Source of the DNA: Isurus oxyrinchus
Taxonomy: Eukaryota
DNA: 64,000 nucleotides
Direction of reading: 5' to 3'
Assembly: GCA_026770705.1 (NCBI GenBank)
Contig: JANJGN010000021.1
Location: forward strand, 100,068,001 to 100,132,000
A program made the translations under genes and the position numbers. The notes under the pieces were generated by a model. That model was not told the DNA's origin. It did not search any database and saw nothing but the letters and a program-made list of their open reading frames with translations. This document shows positions 49,801 through 64,000 of this stretch, piece after piece (the stretch's first letter is position 1; the number at the start of each line of letters is the position of its first letter).

Positions 49801-52800
49801 CCCCAAACACCAACAAAACCCATCAGACCCTCAAACACTAGCAAAACCCAACAGACCCCTAAACAACAACAAAACCCATCAGACCCTCAAACACCAACAA
49901 ATCCCATCAGACCCCCAAACACCAACAAAACACATCAGACCCTCAAACACCAACAACACCCATCAGACCCTCAAACACCAACAAAACCCATCAGAACCCC
50001 AAACCCCAACAAAACCATCAGACCCTCAAACACCAACCAAACCCATCAACCCTCAAACACCAGAAAAACCCATCAGACCCCCAAACACCAACAAAACCCC
50101 ATCAGACCCTCAAATACCAACAAAACCGAACGGACCATCAAACACCAGAAAAACCCACCAGACCCCCAAACACCAACAAAACCCACCAGACCCCCAAACA
50201 CCATCAAAACCCACCAGACCCCCAAACACCAGCAAAACCCATCAGACACTCAAACACCAACAAAACCCATCAAACCCTCAAACACCAGAAAAACCCACCA
50301 GACCCGCAAATACCAACAAAACCCACCAGACCCCCAAACACCAAAAAAACCCCATCAGACCCTCAAACACCAACAAAACCGATCAGACCCTCAAACACCA
50401 GAAAAACACACCAGACCCCCAAACACCAACAAAATGCACCAGACCGCCAAACACCAGCAAAACAAATCAGACCCCCAAACACAAACAAAACCTATCAGAC
50501 CCTCAAACACCAACAAAACCCATCAGACCCCCAAACACCAACAAAACCCACCAGACCCGCAAACACCAGCAAAACCCATCAGACCCCCAAACACAAACAA
50601 AACCTATCAGACCCCCAAACACCAACAAAACCCAGCAGACCCTCAAACACCAACAAAAGACATCAGACCCACAAACACCAACAAAACCAACCAGACCCCA
50701 AAGACCAACAAAACCCCATCAGACCCCAAACACCAAGAAAACCCATCAGACCTCCAAAAACCATCAAAACCGATCAGACCACCAAACACAAACAAAACCC
50801 ATCAGACCCTCAAACACCAGCAAAACCCATCAGAACCTCAAACACCAAAAAAACCCATCAGACCCTCAAACACCAGAAAAACCCACCAGACCCGCAAATA
50901 CCAACAAAACCCTCCAGACCCACAAACACCAGCAAAACCCATCAGACCCCCAAACACAAACAAAACCTATCAGACCCTCAAACACCAACAAAACCCATCA
51001 GACCCCCAAACACCAGAAAAACCCATCAGACCCCCAAACACAAACAAAACCTATCAGAACCCCAAACACCAACAAAACCCATCAGACCCTCAAACACCAA
51101 CGAAACCCATCAGACCCCCAAACACCAACAAAACCAACCAGACCCCAAAGACCAACAAAACCCCATCAGACCCCAAACACCAACAAAACCCGTCAGACCG
51201 CCAAACAACAACAAAACCCATCAGACCCTCAAACACCAACAAAACCCATCAGAACCCCAAACACCAACAAAACCATCAGACCCTCAAACACCAACAAAAC
51301 CCATCAGACCCCCAAACACCAACAAAACCAACCAGACCCCAAAGACCAACAAAACCCCATCAGACCCCAAACACCAACAAAACACGTCAGACCGCCAAAC
51401 AACAACAAAACCCATCAGACCCTCAAACACCAACAAAACCCATCAGAACCCCAAACACCAACAAAACCCATCAGACCCTCAAACACCAACAAAACCCAGC
51501 AGAACCCCAAACACCAACAAAACACATCAGACCCTCAAACACCAACAAAACCCATCAGACACCCAAACACCAACAAAACCCATCAGCCCCTAAAAAGCAA
51601 GAAAACCCATCAGACCCCCAAACCACAACAAAACCCATCAACCCTCAAACACCTGAAAAACCCATCAGACTCCCAAATACCAACAAAACGCATCAGACCC
51701 CCAAACACCAACAAAACCCATCAGACCACTAAACACCAACAAAACCCAATCAGACCCTCAAACACCAACAAAACCCATCAGACGCTCAAACACCAGCAAA
51801 ACCCATCAGAACATAAACACAAACAAAACCCATCAGAACCCCAAACACACACAAAACCCATCAGACCCCAAACACCAACAAAACCCATCAGACCCCAAAC
51901 ACCAACAAAACCCATCAGACCCCCATACACTAACAAAACCCATCAGACCCCCAAACACTAACAAAATCCATCAGACCCCCAAACACCAACAAAAGCCATC
52001 AGACCCTCAAACACCAACAAAAGCCATCAGACCCTCAAGCGCCAAAAAACCCATCAGACCCCCAAACACCAACAAAACCCACCAGACCGCCAAACACCAG
52101 CAAAACCCATCAGACCCCCAAACACAAAGAAAACCTATCAGAGCCTCAAACACTAGCAAAACCCAACAGACCCCCAAACACCATCAAAACCCATCAGAAC
52201 CCCAAACACAAACAAAACCTATCAGACTCTCAAAAACCAACAAAACGCATCAGATCCCAAACACCAACAAAACACATCAGACCCCAAAAACCAAGAAAAC
52301 CCATCAACCCTCAAACACCAGAAAAACCCATCAGACCCCCAAACACCAACAAAACAAGTCAGACCCTCAAACACCAAGAAAACCCATCAGACCCTCAAAC
52401 ACCAACAAAACCCATCAGACCCCTAAACACCAACAAAACCCATCAACCCTCAAACACCTGAAAAACCCATCAGAACCCCAAACACCAACAAAACCCATCA
52501 GACCCTCAAACACCAACAAAACCCATCAGACCCCTAAACACCAACAAAACCCATTAGACCCCAAACACAAACAAAAACCATCAGACCCCAAACACAAACA
52601 AAAACCATCAGACCCCAAACACAAACAAAACCCATCAGAACCCCAAACACCAACAAAACCCATCAGACCCCAAACACCAACTAAACCCATCAGACCCCAA
52701 ACACCAACAAAACCCATCAGACCCCCAAACACTAACAAAACCCATCAGACCGCCAAACACTAACAAAACCCATCAGAACCACAAACACAAACAAATCCCA

Positions 52801-55800
52801 ACAGAGCCTCAAACACCGACAAAAACCATCAGACCCTCAAACACCAGAAAAACCCACCAGACCCCCAAACACCAACAAAACCCACCAGACCGGCAAACAC
52901 CAGCAAAACCCATCAGAACCTCAAACACAAAGAGAACCTATCAGACCCTCAAACACAAGCAAAACCCAACAGACCCCTAAAAACCAACAAAACCCATCAG
53001 AACCCCAAACACCATCAAAACCCATCAGACCCCCAAACACCAACAAAACCCATCAGAACCTCAAACACCAACAAAACCCATCGGACCCCCAAACACCAAC
53101 AAAACCCATCAGACCCCCAAACACCAACAAAAGCCATCAGACCCTCATACACCAGAAAAACCCAACAGACCCCCAAACACCAACAAAACCCACCAGACCG
53201 CCAAACACCAGCAAAACGCATCAGACACCCAAACACAAAGAAAACCTCTCAGACCCTCAAACACTAGGAAAACCCAACAGACCCCTAAACACCAACAAAA
53301 CCTATCAGACCCACAAACACCATCAAAACCCATCAGACCCGCAAACACAAACAAAACCCATCAGACCCTCAAACAACAGAAAAACGCACCAGACCCGCAA
53401 ATACCAACAAAACCCACCAGAACCCCAAACACCAACAAAACCCATCAGACCCTCAAACACTAGCAAAACCCAACAGACCCCTAAACAACAACAAAACCCA
53501 TCAGACCCTCAAACACCAACAAATCCCATCAGACCCCCAAACACCAACAAAACACATCAGACCCTCAAACACCAACAACACCCATCAGACCCTCAAACAC
53601 CAACAAAACCCATCAGAACCCCAAACACCAACAAAACCATCAGACCCTCAAACACCAACCAAACCCATCAGACCCCCAAACACCAACAAAACCAACCAGA
53701 CCCCAAAGACCAACAAAACCCCATCAGACCCCAAACACCAACAAAACACGTCAGACCGCCAAACAACAACAAAACCCATCAGACCCTCAAACACCAACAA
53801 AACCCATCAGAACCCCAAACACCAACAAAACCCATCAGACCCTCAAACACCAACAAAACCCAGCAGAACCCCAAACACCAACAAAACCATCAGACCCTCA
53901 AACACCAACGAAACCCATCAGACCCCCAAACACCAACAAAACCAACCAGACCCCAAAGACCAACAAAACCCCATCAGACCCCAAACACCAACAAAACACG
54001 TCAGACCGCCAAACAACAACAAAACCCATCAGACCCTCAAACACCAACAAAACCCATCAGAACCCCAAACACCAACAAAACCCATCAGACCCTCAAACAC
54101 CAACAAAACCCAGCAGAACCCCAAACACCAACAAAACACATCAGACCCTCAAACACCAACAAAACCCATCAGACACCCAAACACCAACAAAACCCATCAG
54201 CCCCTAAAAAGCAAGAAAACCCATCAGACCCCCAAACCACAACAAAACCCATCAACCCTCAAACACCTGAAAAACCCATCAGACTCCCAAATACCAACAA
54301 AACGCATCAGACCCCCAAACACCAACAAAACCCATCAGACCACTAAACACCAACAAAACCCAATCAGACCCTCAAACACCAACAAAACCCATCAGACGCT
54401 CAAACACCAGCAAAACCCATCAGAACATAAACACAAACAAAACCCATCAGAACCCCAAACACACACAAAACCCATCAGACCCCAAACACCAACAAAACCC
54501 ATCAGACCCCAAACACCAACAAAACCCATCAGACCCCCATACACTAACAAAACCCATCAGACCCCCAAACACTAACAAAATCCATCAGACCCCCAAACAC
54601 CAACAAAAGCCATCAGACCCTCAAACACCAACAAAACCCATCAGACCCCTAAACACCAACAAAACCCATTAGACCCGAAACACAAACAAAAACCATCAGA
54701 CCCCAAACACAAACAAAACCCATCAGAACCCCAAACACCAACAAAACCCATCAGACCCCAAACACCAACTAAACCCATCAGACCCCAAACACCAACAAAA
54801 CCCATCAGACCCCCAAACACTAACAAAACCCATCAGACCGCCAAACACTAACAAAACCCATCAGAACCACAAACACAAACAAATCCCAACAGACCCTCAA
54901 ACACCGACAAAAACCATCAGACCCTCAAACACCAGAAAAACCCACCAGACCCCCAAACACCAACAAAACCCACCAGACCGGCAAACACCAGCAAAACCCA
55001 TCAGAACCTCAAACACAAAGAGAACCTATCAGACCCTCAAACACAAGCAAAACCCAACAGACCCCCAAACACCAACAAAACCCACCAGACCCCCAAACAC
55101 CATCAAAACCCACCAGACCCCCAAACACCAGCAAAACCCATCAGACACTCAAACACCAACAAAACCCATCAAACCCTCAAACACCAGAAAAACCCACCAG
55201 ACCCGCAAATACCAACAAAACCCACCAGACCCCCAAACACCAAAAAAACCCCATCAGACCCTCAAACACCAACAAAACCCACCAGACCGCCAAACACCAG
55301 CAAAACGCATCAGACCCCCAAACACAAAGAAAACCTCTCAGACCCTCAAACACTAGGAAAACCCAACAGACCCCTAAACACCAACAAAACCTATCAGACC
55401 CACAAACACCATCAAAACCCATCAGACCCGCAAACACAAACAAAACCCATCAGAGCCTCAAACAACAGAAAAACGCACCAGACCCGCAAATACCAACAAC
55501 ACCCACCAGAACCCCAAACACCAACAAAACCCTTCAGACCCTCAAACACTAGCAAAACCCAACAGACCCCTAAACAACAACAAAACCCATCAGACCCTCA
55601 AACACCAACAAAACCCATCAGACCCCCAAACACCAACAAAACACATCAGACCCTCAAACACCAACAAAACCCATCAGAACCCCAAACACCAACAAAACAC
55701 ATCAGACCCTCAAACACCAACAAAACCCATCAGACCCCCAAACACCAACAAAACCCATCAGCCCCCAAAAAGCAAGAAAACCCATCAGACCCCCAAACCA

Positions 55801-58800
55801 CAACAAAACCCATCAACCCTCAAACACCTGAAAAACCCATCAGACCCCCAAACACCAACAAAACCCATCAGACCACTAAACACGAACAAAACCCCATCAG
55901 ACCCTCAAACACCAACAAAACCCACCAGACCGCCAAACACCAGCAAAACGCATCAGACCCCCAAACACAAAGAAAACCTATCAGACCCTCAAACACTAGC
56001 AAAACCCAACAGACCCCTAAACACCAACGAAACCCATCAGACCCACAAACACCATCAAAACCCATCAGACCCCAAAACACAAACAAAACCCATCAGACAG
56101 TCAAACACCAGCAAAACCCATCAGACCCTCAAACACCAACAAAACCCATCAGAGCCTCAAACACCAGAAAAACCCACCAGACCCGCAAACACCAACAAAA
56201 CCAACCAGACCCCCAAACACCAACAAAACCCCATCAGACCCTCAAATACCAACAAAACCGATCAGACCATCAAACACCAGAAAAACCCACCAGACCCCCA
56301 AACACCAACAAAACCCACCAGACCCCCAAACACCATCAAAACCCATCCGAACCCCAAACACAAACAAAACCCATCAGACACTCAAACACCAACAAAACCC
56401 ATCAAACACTCAAACACCAGAAAAACCCACCAGACCCGCAAATACCAACAAAACCCACCAGACCCCCAAACACCAAAAAAACCCCATCAGACCCTCAAAC
56501 ACCAACAAAACCGATCAGACCCTCAAACACCAGAAAAACCCACCAGATCCCCAAACACCAACAATATGCACCAGACCGCCAAACACCAGCAAAACAAATC
56601 AGACCCCCAAACACAAACAAAACCTATCAGACTCTCAAACACCAACAAAACCCATCAGACCCCCAAACACCAACAAAACCCACCAGACCCGCAAACACCA
56701 GCAAAACCCATCAGACCCCCAAACACAAACAAAACCTATCAGACCCTCATACACCAGAAAAACCCAACAGACCCCCAAACACCAACAAAACCCACCAGAC
56801 CGCCAAACACCAGCAAAATGCATCAGACCCCCAAACACAAAGAAAACCTCTCAGAACCTCAAACACTAGGAAAACCCAACAGACCCCTAAACACCAACAA
56901 AACTATCAGACCCAAAAACACCGTCAAAACCCATCAGACCCGGAAACAATCAGACCCTCAAACAACAGAAAAACCCACCAGACCCGCAAATACCAACAAA
57001 ACCCACCAGAACCCCAAACACCAACAAAACCCATCAGACCCTCAAACATTAGCAAAACCCAACAGACCCCTAAACAACAACAAAACCCATCAGACCCTCA
57101 AACACCAACAAAACCCATCAGACCCCCAAACACCAACAAAACACATCAGACCCTCAAACACCAACAAAACCCATCAGAACCCCAAACACCAAGAAAACGC
57201 ATCAGACCCTCAAACACCAACAAAACCCATCAGACCCCCAAACACCAACAAAACCCATCAGCCCCCAAAAAGCAAGAAAACCCATCAGACCCCCAAACCA
57301 CAACAAAACCCATCAACCCTCAAACACCTGAAAAACCCATCAGACCCCCAAACACCAACAAAACCCATCAGACCACTAAACATGAACAAAAGCCCATCAG
57401 ACCCTCAAACACCAACAAAACCCATCAGACCCTCAAACACCAGCAAAACCCATCAGACCCTAAACACAAACAAAACCCATCAGACCCCCAAACACACACA
57501 AAACCCATCAGACCCCAAACACCAACAAAACCCATCAGACCCCAAACACCAACAATATCCATCAGACCCCCATGCACTAACAAAACCCATCAGACCCCCA
57601 AACACTAACAAAACCCATCAGACCCCCAAACACCAACAAAACCCATCAGACCCTCAAACACCAACAAAACACATCAGACCCCCAAACACCAACAAAACCA
57701 ACCAGACCCCAAAGACCAACAAAACCCCATCAGACCCCAAACACCAACAAAACCATCAGACCCCCAAACAACATCAAAACCCATCAGACCACCAAACACA
57801 AACAAAACCTATCAGACCCCCAAACACCAACAAAACCCAGCAGACCCTCAAACACCAACAAAAGACATCAGACCCCCAAACATCAACAAAACCAACCAGA
57901 CTCCAAAGACCAACAAAACCCCATCAGACACCAAACACCAGCAAAACCCATCAGACCTCCAAAAACCATCAAAACCGATCAGACCACCAAACACAAACAA
58001 AACCCATCAGACCCTCAAACACCAGCAAAACCCATCAGACCCTCAAACACCAAAAAAACCCATCAGACCCTCAAACACCAGAAAAACCCACCAGAACCCC
58101 AAACACCAACAAAACCCATCAGACCCTCAAACACTAGCAAAACCCAACAGACCCCTAAACAACAACAAAAACTATCAGACCCTCAAACACCAACAAAACC
58201 CATCAGACCCCCAAACACCAACAAAACCTATCAGACCCTCAAACACCAACAAAACCCATCAGAACCCCAAACACCAACAAAACACATCAGACCCTCAAAC
58301 ACCAACAAAACCCATCAGACCCCCAAACACCAACAAAACCCATCAGCCCCCAAAAAGCAAGAAAACCCATCAGACCCCCAAACCACAACAAAACCCATCA
58401 ACCCTCAAACACCTGAAAAACCCATCAGACCCCCAAACACCAACAAAACCCATCAGACCACTAAACACGAACAAAACCCCATCAGACCCTCAAACACCAA
58501 CAAAACCCATCAGACCCTCAAACACCAGCAAAACCCATCAGACCCTAAACACAAACAAAACCCATCAGACACCGAAACACACACAAAACCCATCAGACCC
58601 CAAACACCAACAAAACCCATCAGACCCCAAACACCAACAATATCCATCAGACCCCCATACACTAACAAAACCCATCAGACCCCCAAAAACTAACAAAACC
58701 GATCAGACCCCCAAACACCAACAAAACCCATCAGACCCTCAAACACCAACAAAACACATCAGACCCCCAAACACCAACAAAACCCCATCAGTCCCCAAAC

Positions 58801-61800
58801 ACCAACAAAACCCATCAGACCCCCAAACAACATCAAAACCCATCAGACCACCAAACACAAACAAAACCTATCAGACCCCCAAACACCAACAAAACCCAGC
58901 AGACCCTCAAACACCAACAAAAGACATCAGACCCCCAAACATCAACAAAACCAACCAGACCCCAAAGACCAACAAAACCCCATCAGACCCCAAACACCAG
59001 CAAAACCCATCAGACACCCAAAAACCATCAAAACCGATCAGACCACCAAACACAAACAAAACCCATCAGACCCTCAAACACCAGCAAAACCCATCAGACC
59101 CTCAAACACCTTAAAAACCCATCAGACCCTCAAACACCAGAAAAACCCACCAGACCCGCAAACACCAGAAAAACCCACCAGACCCGCAAATACCAACAAA
59201 ACCCTCCAGACCCCCAAACACCAGCAAAACCCATCAGACCCTCAAACACCAACAAAACCCATCAGACCCCCAAACACCAGCAAAACCCATCAGACCCCCA
59301 AACACAAACAAAACCTATCAGAACCCCAAACACCAACAAAACCCATCAGACCCTCAAACACCAACAAAACCCATCAGACCCCCAAACACCAGCAAAACCC
59401 ATCAGAATCCCAAACACAAACAAATCCTATCAGAACCCCAAACACCAACAAAACCCATCAGACCCTCAAACACCAACGAAACCCATCAGACCCCCAAACA
59501 CCAACAAAACCAACCAGACCCCAAAGACCAACAAAACCCCATCAGACCACAAACACCAACAAAACCCGTCAGACCGCCAAACAACAACAAAACCCATCAG
59601 ACCCTCAAACACCAACAAAACCCATCAGAACCCCAAACACCAACAAAACCCATCAGACCCTCAAACACCAACAAAACCCATCAGAACCCCAAACACAAAC
59701 AAAACACATCAGACCCTCAAACACCAACAAAACCCATCAGACACCCAAACACCAACAAAACCCATCAGCCCCTAAAAAGCAAGAAAGCCCATCAGACCCC
59801 CAAACCACAACAAAACCCATCAACCCTCAAACACCTGAAAAACCCATCAGACCCCCAAATACCAACAAAACGCATCAGACCCCCAAACACCAACAAAACC
59901 CATCAGACCAATAAACACCAACAAAACCCAATCAGACCCTCAAACACCAACAAAACCCATCAGACCCTCAAACACCAGCAAAACCCATCAGAACATAAAC
60001 ACAAACAAAACCCATCAGACCCCCAAACACACACAAAACCCATCAGACCCCAAACACCAACAAAACCCATCAGACCCCAAACACCAACAAAACCCATCAG
60101 ACCCCCATACACTAACAAAACCCATCAGACCCCCAAACACTAACAAAATCCATCAGACCCGCAAACACCAACAAAAGCCATCAGACCCTCAAACACCAAC
60201 AAAAGCCATCAGACCCTCAAGCGCCAAAAAACCCATCAGACCCCCAAACACCAACAAAACCCACCAGACCGCCAAACACCAGCAAAACCCATCAGACCCC
60301 CAAACACAAAGAAAACCTATCAGAGCCTCAAACACTAGCAAAACCCAACAGACCCCCAAACACCATCAAAACCCATCAGAACCCCAAACACAAACAAAAC
60401 CCATCAGACTCTCAAACACCAACAAAACCCATCAGATCCCAAACACCAACAAAACCCATCAGACACTCAAACACCAACAAAACCCATCAAACACTCAAAC
60501 ACCAGAAAAACCCACCAGACCCGCAAATACCAACAAAACCCACCAGACCCCCAAACACCAAAAAAACCCCATCAGACCCTCAAACACCAACAAAACCGAT
60601 CAGACCCTCAAACACCAGAAAAACCCACCAGATCCCCAAACACCAACAATATGCACCAGACCGCCAAACACCAGCAAAACAAATCAGACCCCCAAACACA
60701 AACAAAACCTATCAGACTCTCAAACACCAACAAAACCCATCAGACCCCCAAACACCAACAAAACCCACCAGACCCGCAAACACCAGCAAAACCCATCAGA
60801 CCCCCAAACACAAACAAAACCTATCAGACCCTCATACACCAGAAAAACCCAACAGACCCCCAAACACCAACAAAACCCACCAGACCGCCAAACACCAGCA
60901 AAATGCATCAGACCCCCAAACACAAAGAAAACCTCTCAGAACCTCAAACACTAGGAAAACCCAACAGACCCCTAAACACCAACAAAACTATCAGACCCAA
61001 AAACACCGTCAAAACCCATCAGACCCGGAAACAATCAGACCCTCAAACAACAGAAAAACCCACCAGACCCGCAAATACCAACAAAACCCACCAGAACCCC
61101 AAACACCAACAAAACCCATCAGACCCTCAAACATTAGCAAAACCCAACAGACCCCTAAACAACAACAAAACCCATCAGACCCTCAAACACCAACAAAACC
61201 CATCAGACCCCCAAACACCAACAAAACACATCAGACCCTCAAACACCAACAAAACCCATCAGAACCCCAAACACCAAGAAAACGCATCAGACCCTCAAAC
61301 ACCAACAAAACCCATCAGACCCCCAAACACCAACAAAACCCATCAGCCCCCAAAAAGCAAGAAAACCCATCAGACCCCCAAACCACAACAAAACCCATCA
61401 ACCCTCAAACACCTGAAAAACCCATCAGACCCCCAAACACCAACAAAACCCATCAGACCACTAAACATGAACAAAAGCCCATCAGACCCTCAAACACCAA
61501 CAAAACCCATCAGACCCTCAAACACCAGCAAAACCCATCAGACCCTAAACACAAACAAAACCCATCAGACCCCCAAACACACACAAAACCCATCAGACCC
61601 CAAACACCAACAAAACCCATCAGACCCCAAACACCAACAATATCCATCAGACCCCCATGCACTAACAAAACCCATCAGACCCCCAAACACTAACAAAACC
61701 CATCAGACCCCCAAACACCAACAAAACCCATCAGACCCTCAAACACCAACAAAACACATCAGACCCCCAAACACCAACAAAACCAACCAGACCCCAAAGA

Positions 61801-64000
61801 CCAACAAAACCCCATCAGACCCCAAACACCAACAAAACCATCAGACCCCCAAACAACATCAAAACCCATCAGACCACCAAACACAAACAAAACCTATCAG
61901 ACCCCCAAACACCAACAAAACCCAGCAGACCCTCAAACACCAACAAAAGACATCAGACCCCCAAACATCAACAAAACCAACCAGACTCCAAAGACCAACA
62001 AAACCCCATCAGACACCAAACACCAGCAAAACCCATCAGACCTCCAAAAACCATCAAAACCGATCAGACCACCAAACACAAACAAAACCCATCAGACCCT
62101 CAAACACCAGCAAAACCCATCAGACCCTCAAACACCAAAAAAACCCATCAGACCCTCAAACACCAGAAAAACCCACCAGAACCCCAAACACCAACAAAAC
62201 CCATCAGACCCTCAAACACTAGCAAAACCCAACAGACCCCTAAACAACAACAAAAACTATCAGACCCTCAAACACCAACAAAACCCATCAGACCCCCAAA
62301 CACCAACAAAACCTATCAGACCCTCAAACACCAACAAAACCCATCAGAACCCCAAACACCAACAAAACACATCAGACCCTCAAACACCAACAAAACCCAT
62401 CAGACCCCCAAACACCAACAAAACCCATCAGCCCCCAAAAAGCAAGAAAACCCATCAGACCCCCAAACCACAACAAAACCCATCAACCCTCAAACACCTG
62501 AAAAACCCATCAGACCCCCAAACACCAACAAAACCCATCAGACCACTAAACACGAACAAAACCCCATCAGACCCTCAAACACCAACAAAACCCATCAGAC
62601 CCTCAAACACCAGCAAAACCCATCAGACCCTAAACACAAACAAAACCCATCAGACACCGAAACACACACAAAACCCATCAGACCCCAAACACCAACAAAA
62701 CCCATCAGACCCCAAACACCAACAATATCCATCAGACCCCCATACACTAACAAAACCCATCAGACCCCCAAAAACTAACAAAACCGATCAGACCCCCAAA
62801 CACCAACAAAACCCATCAGACCCTCAAACACCAACAAAACACATCAGACCCCCAAACACCAACAAAACCCCATCAGTCCCCAAACACCAACAAAACCCAT
62901 CAGACCCCCAAACAACATCAAAACCCATCAGACCACCAAACACAAACAAAACCTATCAGACCCCCAAACACCAACAAAACCCAGCAGACCCTCAAACACC
63001 AACAAAAGACATCAGACCCCCAAACATCAACAAAACCAACCAGACCCCAAAGACCAACAAAACCCCATCAGACCCCAAACACCAGCAAAACCCATCAGAC
63101 ACCCAAAAACCATCAAAACCGATCAGACCACCAAACACAAACAAAACCCATCAGACCCTCAAACACCAGCAAAACCCATCAGACCCTCAAACACCTTAAA
63201 AACCCATCAGACCCTCAAACACCAGAAAAACCCACCAGACCCGCAAACACCAGAAAAACCCACCAGACCCGCAAATACCAACAAAACCCTCCAGACCCCC
63301 AAACACCAGCAAAACCCATCAGACCCTCAAACACCAACAAAACCCATCAGACCCCCAAACACCAGCAAAACCCATCAGACCCCCAAACACAAACAAAACC
63401 TATCAGAACCCCAAACACCAACAAAACCCATCAGACCCTCAAACACCAACAAAACCCATCAGACCCCCAAACACCAGCAAAACCCATCAGAATCCCAAAC
63501 ACAAACAAATCCTATCAGAACCCCAAACACCAACAAAACCCATCAGACCCTCAAACACCAACGAAACCCATCAGACCCCCAAACACCAACAAAACCAACC
63601 AGACCCCAAAGACCAACAAAACCCCATCAGACCACAAACACCAACAAAACCCGTCAGACCGCCAAACAACAACAAAACCCATCAGACCCTCAAACACCAA
63701 CAAAACCCATCAGAACCCCAAACACCAACAAAACCCATCAGACCCTCAAACACCAACAAAACCCATCAGAACCCCAAACACAAACAAAACACATCAGACC
63801 CTCAAACACCAACAAAACCCATCAGACACCCAAACACCAACAAAACCCATCAGCCCCTAAAAAGCAAGAAAGCCCATCAGACCCCCAAACCACAACAAAA
63901 CCCATCAACCCTCAAACACCTGAAAAACCCATCAGACCCCCAAATACCAACAAAACGCATCAGACCCCCAAACACCAACAAAACCCATCAGACCAATAAA
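43865..64000. repeat. >20-kb 28-29-bp satellite with higher-order repeats
   Basis: Same monomer as 16085-19780. Identical or near-identical ORFs recur at offsets of 2286, ~3.6 kb and 4085 bp. The array runs off the right edge. Confidence 0.96.

Noticed and set aside
43850-62222. Long P/Q/T/K/N-rich ORFs (432-752 aa), also 16085-17149
   Set aside because: The satellite strand is T-poor and so lacks stop codons. The 28-29-nt unit cycles through all three frames.

Overview
This is vertebrate genomic DNA, most likely from a cartilaginous fish (shark). That assignment is inferred from the CR1/L2/Penelope/Deu-SINE repeat landscape and from the MHC and GPCR sequences. The only intact gene is a complete MHC class I alpha-chain gene on the minus strand, which I spliced by hand. 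Its exons are: leader 32147-32099, alpha1 29921-29661, alpha2 29484-29212, alpha3 27495-27232, TM 21810-21706, cytoplasmic 21162-21130 and 20700-20665, and a probable 3'UTR exon from 14104. All junctions are GT-AG and phase 1, giving a 1020-nt CDS and 339 aa. The gene has an ISRE/X1-X2-Y/CCAAT promoter but has lost several peptide-terminus anchor residues, so it is probably non-classical. Intron 3 is almost entirely a tandem array of roughly 60-65 copies of the gene's own exon-3 splice donor junction. The rest of the window contains satellites (18, 35, 37, 41, ~62 and 28-29 bp units, the last with kb-scale higher-order repeats) and decayed CR1 LINEs. It also holds Penelope-like elements carrying minimal hammerhead-ribozyme motifs (one forming an inverted-repeat hairpin with a 14-bp TSD), a Tigger/pogo remnant and a GPR139-like pseudogene. 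Positions 42.9-64 kb are a paralogous copy of the class I gene's last intron, which suggests a tandem class I cluster. The long ORFs in the supplied track are satellite artefacts.
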